Positions 56,759-64,000 of a DNA stretch of 64,000 nucleotides are shown in pieces. The translations under genes and the position numbers were made by a program. The stretch comes from Escherichia coli (lineage in GTDB: Bacteria > Pseudomonadota > Gammaproteobacteria > Enterobacterales > Enterobacteriaceae). The DNA is taken from the NCBI RefSeq assembly GCF_011045215.1, contig NZ_CP049201.1. The stretch is one strand, 5' to 3'. Every line of letters begins with the position of its first letter. Within the stretch, counting starts at the first letter, position 1. Under the pieces are notes generated by a model. It was given only the letters and a program-made list of their open reading frames with translations, searched no databases and was not told the origin of the DNA.

Positions 56759-57709
56759 ATGAAAGAGCTTGTGGTCGTTGCCATTGGTGGCAACAGCATT
56801 ATCAAAGATAACGCCAGCCAGTCGATTGAGCATCAGGCGGAGGCGGTGAAAGCCGTCGCCGATACGGTGCTGGAAATGCTGGCTTCCGATTACGACATTG
56901 TGCTGACCCACGGTAACGGGCCGCAGGTCGGGCTGGATTTACGCCGTGCGGAGATTGCCCACGAGCGCGAAGGGCTGCCCTTAACGCCGCTGGCGAACTG
57001 TGTGGCAGATACGCAGGGCGGCATCGGCTATCTGATCCAACAGGCGCTGAATAACCGGCTGGCGCGTCACGGCGAGAAGAAAGCCGTCACCGTGGTGACT
57101 CAGGTGGAAGTGGATAAAAACGATCCAGGTTTTGCCCATCCCACCAAGCCCATTGGTGCATTCTTCAGTGAAAGCCAGCGTGACGAATTACAAAAGGCAA
57201 ACCCTGACTGGCGTTTTGTTGAAGATGCCGGACGGGGCTATCGCCGCGTGGTCGCCTCGCCGGAACCGAAACGTATTGTCGAAGCACCCGCCATTAAGGC
57301 GCTGATCCAACAAGGCTTTGTGGTGATTGGCGCGGGCGGCGGCGGAATTCCTGTGGTGCGTACTGACGCGGGAGATTACCAAAGCGTGGACGCGGTTATC
57401 GACAAAGATCTCTCTACCGCGCTACTGGCTCGCGAAATTCACGCCGACATTCTGGTGATCACCACTGGCGTGGAAAAAGTGTGTATTCATTTTGGTAAAC
57501 CGCAGCAACAGGCGCTCGATCGGGTGGATATTGCCACCATGACCCGCTATATGCAGGAAGGGCATTTCCCGCCCGGCAGCATGTTGCCAAAAATCATCGC
57601 CAGCCTGACGTTCCTGGAACAGGGCGGCAAAGAAGTGATTATCACCACGCCGGAATGCCTGCCTGCGGCGCTGCGCGGTGAAACGGGCACCCATATTATT
57701 AAAACGTAA
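56759..57709 (+). CDS. yahI: carbamate kinase-like protein
   Basis: 316 aa amino-acid-kinase fold (MKELVVVAIGGNSI…THGNGPQVG…). Confidence 0.85.
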   Translation: MKELVVVAIGGNSIIKDNASQSIEHQAEAVKAVADTVLEMLASDYDIVLTHGNGPQVGLDLRRAEIAHEREGLPLTPLANCVADTQGGIGYLIQQALNNRLARHGEKKAVTVVTQVEVDKNDPGFAHPTKPIGAFFSESQRDELQKANPDWRFVEDAGRGYRRVVASPEPKRIVEAPAIKALIQQGFVVIGAGGGGIPVVRTDAGDYQSVDAVIDKDLSTALLAREIHADILVITTGVEKVCIHFGKPQQQALDRVDIATMTRYMQEGHFPPGSMLPKIIASLTFLEQGGKEVIITTPECLPAALRGETGTHIIKT

Positions 57710-57718
57710 GGACGTAAG

Positions 57719-59101
57719 ATGAAAGAAAGCAATAGCCGCCGTGAATTTCTGAGCCAGAGCGGTAAGATGGTCACCGCCGCCGCGCTGTTTGGTACCTCTG
57801 TGCCGCTCGCCCATGCGGCGGTAGCTGGCACCCTAAACTGCGAAGCGAACAACACCATGAAAATCACTGACCCGCATTACTATCTCGACAACGTGCTGCT
57901 GGAAACTGGATTTGACTACGAAAATGGCGTGGCGGTGCAGACCCGCACGGCGCGCCAGACCGTGGAGATTCAGGACGGCAAAATTGTCGCGCTGCGCGAG
58001 AACAAGCAGCATCCGGACGCCACGCTGCCGCACTATGACGCTGGCGATAAGCTGATGCTGCCCACCACCCGCGACATGCATATTCATCTCGACAAAACCT
58101 TCTACGGCGGGCCGTGGCGCTCGCTCAATCGTCCGGCAGGCACCACTATCCAGGACATGATCAAACTCGAGCAGAAAATGCTGCCGGAGTTACAACCGTA
58201 TACGCAGGAGCGGGCGGAAAAACTGATCGATCTATTGCAGTCGAAAGGCACCACCATTGCCCGCAGCCACTGCAATATCGAACCGGTTTCCGGTCTGAAA
58301 AATCTGCAAAATTTGCAGGCGGTGCTGGCGCGACGTCAGGCGGGCTTCGAGTGTGAAATCGTCGCCTTCCCGCAGCACGGTTTGCTGCTGTCGAAATCGG
58401 AACCCTTAATGCGCGAAGCGATGCAGGCGGGTGCGCATTACGTCGGCGGGCTGGACCCGACCAGTGTCGATGGCGCGATGGAAAAATCCCTCGACACCAT
58501 GTTCCAGATTGCGCTGGACTACGACAAAGGCGTCGATATTCACCTGCACGAAACCACTCCGTCGGGCGTGGCAGCCATCAATTATATGGTTGAAACGGTA
58601 GAGAAAACGCCTCAACTGAAAGGTAAGCTGACCATCAGCCACGCCTTTGCGCTGGCTACGCTCAACGAGCAACAGGTAGATGAACTGGCGCATCGCATGG
58701 CGGCGCAGCAAATTTCTATCGCCTCGACGGTGCCGATTGGCACGCTGCATATGCCGCTCAAACAGTTGCACGACAAAGGCGTAAAAGTGATGACTGGCAC
58801 TGACAGCGTTATCGACCACTGGTCGCCTTATGGTCTGGGCGACATGCTGGAAAAAGCCAATCTCTACGCGCAGCTCTATATTCGTCCTAACGAACAGAAC
58901 CTCTCCCGTTCGCTGTTTTTAGCCACTGGCGATGTATTGCCGCTGAATGAAAAAGGCGAGCGTGTATGGCCAAAAGCGCAGGATGACGCCAGCTTTGTGC
59001 TGGTGGACGCCTCCTGTTCCGCCGAGGCGGTGGCGCGTATCTCGCCGAGAACCGCAACGTTCCATAAAGGGCAACTGGTGTGGGGGAGTGTGGCAGGTTG
59101 A
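57719..59101 (+). CDS. yahJ: Tat-exported amidohydrolase-superfamily deaminase-like protein
   Basis: 460 aa; twin-arginine motif SRREFLSQSGKMVTAAALFGTSVPLAHA; metal-dependent hydrolase motifs (HIHLDK…, HLHE…). Confidence 0.8.
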   Translation: MKESNSRREFLSQSGKMVTAAALFGTSVPLAHAAVAGTLNCEANNTMKITDPHYYLDNVLLETGFDYENGVAVQTRTARQTVEIQDGKIVALRENKQHPDATLPHYDAGDKLMLPTTRDMHIHLDKTFYGGPWRSLNRPAGTTIQDMIKLEQKMLPELQPYTQERAEKLIDLLQSKGTTIARSHCNIEPVSGLKNLQNLQAVLARRQAGFECEIVAFPQHGLLLSKSEPLMREAMQAGAHYVGGLDPTSVDGAMEKSLDTMFQIALDYDKGVDIHLHETTPSGVAAINYMVETVEKTPQLKGKLTISHAFALATLNEQQVDELAHRMAAQQISIASTVPIGTLHMPLKQLHDKGVKVMTGTDSVIDHWSPYGLGDMLEKANLYAQLYIRPNEQNLSRSLFLATGDVLPLNEKGERVWPKAQDDASFVLVDASCSAEAVARISPRTATFHKGQLVWGSVAG

Positions 59102-59477
59102 TGCGCATTTGAAACGCCTGCAACGGTGAATAGTAAGAGATTTAAGCCCCAGGGAGTGGGGCAATCTGAATATGAGTGTGTCGGCAGAAATGGACATTAT
59201 CTTTTAGGAATATGCCCTTATTGACGTTGTGTAGATAACTATTTGTCTACGTGAAAAGATCATCAGTTTTGCCGATTTTAGTCTTTTACGGATAGCAAAT
59301 ATCACACTTACAGGCGCTCGCCTTATGGGGAACGTTGCTGCTCTGTTTCATTCAGGCTCGCGGCATGTTGGGGCTGGATCGGGTGGTTTAAATATTGGCT
59401 ATATTCAATGGACGCGTTTTGCCGCGATGACATATCAGGCGTCGCCAAATACACATAGCTAATCAGGAGTAAACACA

Positions 59478-60527
59478 ATGAAGATCAAAGCTGTTGGTGC
59501 ATATTCCGCTAAACAACCACTTGAACCGATGGATATCACCCGGCGTGAACCGGGACCGAATGATGTCAAAATCGAAATCGCTTACTGTGGCGTCTGCCAT
59601 TCCGATCTCCACCAGGTCCGTTCCGAGTGGGCGGGGACGGTTTATCCCTGCGTGCCGGGTCATGAAATTGTGGGGCGTGTGGTAGCCGTTGGTGATCAGG
59701 TAAAAAAATATGCGCCGGGCGATCTGGTCGGTGTCGGCTGCATTGTCGACAGTTGTAAACATTGCGAAGAGTGTGAAGACGGGCTGGAAAACTACTGTGA
59801 TCACATGACCGGCACCTATAACTCGCCGACGCCGGACGAACCGGGCCATACTCTGGGCGGCTACTCACAACAGATCGTCGTTCATGAGCGATATGTTCTG
59901 CGTATTCGTCACCCGCAAGAGCAGCTGGCGGCGGTGGCTCCTTTGTTGTGTGCAGGGATCACCACGTATTCGCCGCTACGTCACTGGCAGGCCGGACCGG
60001 GTAAAAAAGTGGGCGTGGTCGGCATCGGCGGTCTGGGACATATGGGGATCAAGCTGGCCCACGCGATGGGGGCGCATGTGGTGGCATTTACCACTTCTGA
60101 GTCAAAACGCGAAGCGGCAAAAGCCCTGGGGGCCGATGAAGTTGTTAACTCACGCAATGCCGATGAGATGGCGGCTCATGTGAAGAGTTTCGATTTCATT
60201 TTGAATACAGTAGCTGCGCCACATAATCTCGACGATTTTACCACCTTGCTGAAGCGTGATGGCACCATGACGCTGGTTGGTGCGCCTGCGACACCGCATA
60301 AATCGCCGGAAGTTTTCAACCTGATCATGAAACGCCGTGCGATAGCCGGTTCTATGATTGGCGGCATTCCAGAAACTCAGGAGATGCTCGATTTTTGCGC
60401 CGAACATGGCATCGTGGCTGATATAGAGATGATTCGGGCCGATCAAATTAATGAAGCCTATGAGCGAATGCTGCGTGGTGATGTGAAATATCGTTTTGTT
60501 ATCGATAATCGCACACTAACAGACTGA
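59478..60527 (+). CDS. yahK: NADPH-dependent zinc alcohol dehydrogenase-type aldehyde reductase
   Basis: 349 aa; catalytic and structural zinc ligands (GVCHSDLH, CKHCEECEDGLENYC); nucleotide-binding motif GVVGIGGLGHMG. Confidence 0.85.
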   Translation: MKIKAVGAYSAKQPLEPMDITRREPGPNDVKIEIAYCGVCHSDLHQVRSEWAGTVYPCVPGHEIVGRVVAVGDQVKKYAPGDLVGVGCIVDSCKHCEECEDGLENYCDHMTGTYNSPTPDEPGHTLGGYSQQIVVHERYVLRIRHPQEQLAAVAPLLCAGITTYSPLRHWQAGPGKKVGVVGIGGLGHMGIKLAHAMGAHVVAFTTSESKREAAKALGADEVVNSRNADEMAAHVKSFDFILNTVAAPHNLDDFTTLLKRDGTMTLVGAPATPHKSPEVFNLIMKRRAIAGSMIGGIPETQEMLDFCAEHGIVADIEMIRADQINEAYERMLRGDVKYRFVIDNRTLTD

Positions 60528-60769
60528 AAAAATTAATAAATACGTTGTGGTTTAACATATTAACTTCGCTCTCCACTTAACTTTTTAGTTAAGGAGAGCG
60601 AAATAATATCAAAGTAGCAGTAAAACCTATAACGTAAATTCAAATTGTTAAATTAACTCCCTCCAGTACACAATACTTCACACGTTAGTTATGAGCGATT
60701 TCTGATAGTGCCTGGTTTAATCAGAGCTTTATTATCTGCGACGTTTATTTTTATTTAAGAGAGATCGCG

Positions 60770-61585
60770 ATGATATCATTAAAAGCTCCGCACAATAATT
60801 TGATGCCATATACGCAACAAAGCATACTTAATACGGTTAAAAACAATCAGTTACCAGAGGATATCAAAAGCTCCCTGGTTTCCTGTGTCGATATATTCAA
60901 GGTTTTGATTAAACAATATTATGATTATCCTTATGATTGTCGTGATGATTTAGTCGATGACGACAAACTCATTCATCTCATGGCTGCCGTACGAGACTGT
61001 GAGTGGTCAGACGATAACGCACTCACCATAAATGTGCAGTTTAATGATTTCCCTGGATTTTATGACTGGATGGATTACCCTGATCACCCGGTTAAGTTTG
61101 TTTTTCGCATACTTGAAAATCAAAAAGGGACAGTTTGGGTATATGACCAGGATGATGCGTTTCTTGATATTAAAGCAAATGTGCAGGCTGGACGCTTTAC
61201 CGGGCTTAAGAAATTAGTGCAGTTTATCGATTCAGTGCGAACAGATTGCAAATGTATTCTTCTTGAACACCATATGCCTTTGCTGAGAATTTTCCCTAAA
61301 GGGAAAGAGTGTATGCATGTGGAAAAATGGCTTCGCGAAATGTCGTCTATTCCGGAGACAGACGCGCCCATTAAGCAGGCGCTTGCGCATGGATTATTAT
61401 TACACTTAAAAAATATCTACCCTGTTTTTCCTGAATCACTGGTGATGTTATTGCTCTCTGTTCTGGACGTAAAAACATACAGAGATGATGCGCGATTAAA
61501 TCAATGGATATCTAATAGAGTCCAGGAATTAGGTGACAGATATTATCCTGTAAATAAGCACGTTAAAATCCGCTACACTCTTTAG
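60770..61585 (+). CDS. yahL: uncharacterised protein YahL
   Basis: 271 aa ORF with no recognisable domain; position between yahK and yahM. Confidence 0.6.
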   Translation: MISLKAPHNNLMPYTQQSILNTVKNNQLPEDIKSSLVSCVDIFKVLIKQYYDYPYDCRDDLVDDDKLIHLMAAVRDCEWSDDNALTINVQFNDFPGFYDWMDYPDHPVKFVFRILENQKGTVWVYDQDDAFLDIKANVQAGRFTGLKKLVQFIDSVRTDCKCILLEHHMPLLRIFPKGKECMHVEKWLREMSSIPETDAPIKQALAHGLLLHLKNIYPVFPESLVMLLLSVLDVKTYRDDARLNQWISNRVQELGDRYYPVNKHVKIRYTL

Positions 61586-61810
61586 GTCAGAAAGGGTTCC
61601 ACCTGCAAGTTGTTATTCCACCAGAGAGTGAATCGCAATGCAGGTAATCATTTCATCTGTATATCTGTATGCCACTGGCATTCCATCTCTTTTTTCGCCG
61701 ATATTTTGTTGTGATCGGCGACACTTCGCTTAAAAAAGCACCAGTAGTGGTTTCGCAGCCATGCGGTGTATAAAAAATGATCTCATGCAGATGTTTTGTG
61801 AATGTGTGGG

Positions 61811-61839
61811 TTGACATTCATATGAAAAAAATCATAATT
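61811..61839 (+). promoter_or_regulatory. sigma70-like promoter candidate upstream of yahM
   Basis: TTGACA, then a 16-17 nt spacer, then CATAAT/ATAATT; about 160 nt upstream of the yahM ATG. Confidence 0.35.
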
Positions 61840-61996
61840 CCATCATGTTTGTGTGGGGTCTTTTCTGTATCTTACGCATCGCACTCAAGCCTGACAGAAA
61901 ATATGCTGTAAGGCTCATATCAAAAACCGCCATTAGCTCATCAGGAAGAGCAGACGACAACCAGGATTGTTGTATGGTACGGGGTTCGAGGCCTCG

Positions 61997-62242
61997 ATGG
62001 CGGTCCAACTTTTCAAAACTCTTCTGAATCAGATCCCCTTATTATCATCCCTGCAAAGTGGAATATTGCCATTGTTTGGCTATTCAGGACGGGTCAGACC
62101 AATGAAAAAAGCCCACACAGGGGAGAGTGGGCTGAAATGGGAAGCTAAAGACTCAAGTAAACTTATCGGAAATAAGGACCACGCATTACGGGGGCTATCA
62201 TCGCCGATGGTCGGGATTCGGCAAATCAGGTTGATTACGTAG
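61997..62242 (+). CDS. yahM: small uncharacterised protein YahM
   Basis: 81 codons from the internal ATG of the 91-codon ORF (MAVQLFKTLLNQ…); the length matches my memory of yahM but the sequence match is not verified. Confidence 0.4.
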   Translation: MAVQLFKTLLNQIPLLSSLQSGILPLFGYSGRVRPMKKAHTGESGLKWEAKDSSKLIGNKDHALRGLSSPMVGIRQIRLIT

Positions 62243-62258
62243 AGAGTAAATTATCTGC

Positions 62259-62930
62259 TCACCGCTGCGTCACACCTTCGTAAATCAGGCGTAGCGCGAA
62301 TACACCAATAATTGCACCAATAACCCGACTGGCAACGCGTTGCATACGCCCATAAGCACGACGCACAGCGGGCAAAGAAAACGCCTGACTAAGAAAAACT
62401 CGCCAGATAATTGATGCGAGCACAATCCCCGCCCAGGCCATTAAACGTGCCCATGTTGGTGTTTCGGCATTTAATGTTACTGAGAAAATACTGATAAAAA
62501 ATAAAACGGTTTGCGGGTTAGAGAGATCGGTAATTAATCCACGGCGAAAAAAGACATACCAGGGGGCGCTAATCGGTTGTTGTAGTGTGCTCATTTGCGG
62601 TGTTGACTGGCGGCGCATGCTGCACCACGCAAACCATAAGAGATAAGCGCCGCCGACGATTCTGATAAGCGAAAAAATCTCCTCACACTGCGTAATTAGT
62701 GTTGCAAGACCAAACAAACCCAACCCGGAATAAAATGCATCGCCCAGCGCCACGCCCAGCCCGGTCAGCACCCCTGCGCGTCGACCGGAAGCCAGGCTGG
62801 TTTGTACTACCACAAAGAGATTGGCTCCCGGATTAAAAAAAGTAATCACGAACAGTCCTACGGTCAGGTAAACGGCGTGCAAAGGATCCATAGTGATTTC
62901 ATCCATAAATAAGTGAAGTAACTTCATCAT
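62259..62930 (-). CDS. yahN: LysE/RhtB-family amino-acid exporter
   Basis: 223 aa, six hydrophobic spans. Confidence 0.8.
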   Translation of the reverse strand: MMKLLHLFMDEITMDPLHAVYLTVGLFVITFFNPGANLFVVVQTSLASGRRAGVLTGLGVALGDAFYSGLGLFGLATLITQCEEIFSLIRIVGGAYLLWFAWCSMRRQSTPQMSTLQQPISAPWYVFFRRGLITDLSNPQTVLFFISIFSVTLNAETPTWARLMAWAGIVLASIIWRVFLSQAFSLPAVRRAYGRMQRVASRVIGAIIGVFALRLIYEGVTQR

Positions 62931-63076
62931 ATTTCTACCAAAAATAATGGGGTGCGAGAGAGATCACAAAGTGTCTTATTTCCGGTTACTGGCGTTTATG
63001 CCCTGACTGAACTAATTATTAATCAACCCAATAATGTCGGTGGGTGATAGTGTGATAACAACTCTGGAGCCGTAAT

Positions 63077-63352
63077 ATGAAAATAATCTCTAAAATGTTA
63101 GTCGGTGCGTTAGCGTTTGCCGTTACCAATGTCTATGCCGCTGAATTGATGACTAAAGCGGAATTTGAAAAAGTCGAATCGCAATATGAAAAAATAGGTG
63201 ATATTTCAACCAGCAATGAAATGTCGACCGCAGATGCGAAAGAGGATTTGATCAAAAAAGCGGATGAAAAAGGGGCTGATGTGTTGGTACTGACCTCCGG
63301 TCAAACTGACAATAAGATCCACGGCACGGCAAATATTTATAAGAAGAAGTAA
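63077..63352 (+). CDS. yahO: periplasmic DUF1471 protein
   Basis: 91 aa; signal peptide [21 protein letters not shown] and a DUF1471 C-terminus (…[32 protein letters not shown]). Confidence 0.8.
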   Translation: MKIISKMLVGALAFAVTNVYAAELMTKAEFEKVESQYEKIGDISTSNEMSTADAKEDLIKKADEKGADVLVLTSGQTDNKIHGTANIYKKK

Positions 63353-63449
63353 TTCTGAACCCTATGTAAACATCCCCGATGCGTAAGTTTATCGGTGATC
63401 ATCTATTGAAATTTATGCCGGATAAAGCGTTCGCGCTGCATTCGGCAGT

Positions 63450-64000
63450 TCAGTTTTTCAGCCGCCGCCAGAACGTCGTCCGGCTTATGCCTAAATAATT
63501 CGCCGCTGCTGTTTTATCGCCTTTAAATTTCTCCAGTGCCTGTTGTGGTGTCAGTAAGCGTGGAGCGGGAATTTTCGCCGACTCGCGCGCCAGTTCCGGC
63601 AGTAGCAGCTGCAAAAACTGCGGCGTTAAATCCGGCGTCGGTTCCACACTTAAAAACAGCGCCAGTCGCTCCATCATATTGCGCAGTTCACGAATATTAC
63701 CTGGCCAGTCGTAGCGCAGCAGCACAGTTTCACTTGCCTGTAACCCCTGGCGTAATGCAGCAGAAAATGGGGCGGAGAGCGCCGCCAGAGACACTTTCAA
63801 AAAGCTTTCCGCCAGTGGCAGAATATCTGCCACCCGCTCGCGCAGTGGTGGCAATTGCAGACGCAAAATACTCAGCCGATAAAACAGATCACGGCGAAAC
63901 TGCCCTTGCCGCATATCTTCTTCCAGATTGCAGTGAGTGGCGCTAATGACCCGCACATCCACCGGAACAGGCTGATGCCCGCCGACGCGAGTAACCTCTT
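63450..64000 (-). CDS. prpR: sigma54-dependent propionate catabolism activator, C-terminal part (gene continues beyond the window)
   Basis: C-terminal Fis-type HTH (…AANYLGISRTTFWRRLK) and the end of an AAA+ domain (…GNIRELRN…); the reading frame is open to the window edge. Confidence 0.8.
   Translation of the reverse strand, partial: EVTRVGGHQPVPVDVRVISATHCNLEEDMRQGQFRRDLFYRLSILRLQLPPLRERVADILPLAESFLKVSLAALSAPFSAALRQGLQASETVLLRYDWPGNIRELRNMMERLALFLSVEPTPDLTPQFLQLLLPELARESAKIPAPRLLTPQQALEKFKGDKTAAANYLGISRTTFWRRLKN

Noticed and set aside
56262-56762. ORF-track proteins of 166 aa and 127 aa (56362-56745) with internally repeated sequence
   Set aside because: They lie entirely within the tandem REP array; the repeated peptide comes from translating identical DNA units, not from a gene.
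63417-63448. REP-like palindrome (GCCGGATAAAGCGTTCGCGCTGCATTCGGC) between yahO and prpR
   Set aside because: It only loosely matches the REP consensus and is a single copy; too degenerate to call with confidence.

Overview
This window reads as an Escherichia coli-type chromosomal segment, identified by gene content and order recognised from the translated ORFs (no database search was possible). Order: small secreted-protein ORF and a decayed ykgO/ykgR-like relic; LysR regulator, secreted hydrolase, MFS transporter; paoDCBA (periplasmic aldehyde oxidoreductase); yagU; ykgJ; ecpEDCBA and ecpR (common pilus); ykgL; ykgO-ykgM (L36/L31 paralogs) with a Zur-box palindrome; ykgR; a six-gene redox/hydrolase block (OYE flavin reductase, hydrolase, two LysR, two aldo-keto reductases); intact eaeH/fdeC adhesin; AraC regulator; aldo-keto reductase; rclCBA/rclR; ykgEFG; ykgH; betA-betB-betI/betT; pdeL; yahB to yahO; and the 3' end of prpR. 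I found no rRNA, tRNA, CRISPR array, transposase or integrase. The most notable observations are: (1) a roughly 165-bp decayed copy of the outer parts of the ykgR/ykgM/ykgO locus lying 19 kb from the intact copy; (2) the six-gene LysR-associated redox/hydrolase block between ykgR and eaeH, which I do not recall in K-12, the best candidate here for an undescribed system; (3) the yahDEFG-yahIJ cluster, which looks like a paralog of the oxamate transcarbamylase plus carbamate kinase module and has no known substrate; (4) a tandem REP array that splits that cluster. Comparisons with K-12 are from memory and are inference.
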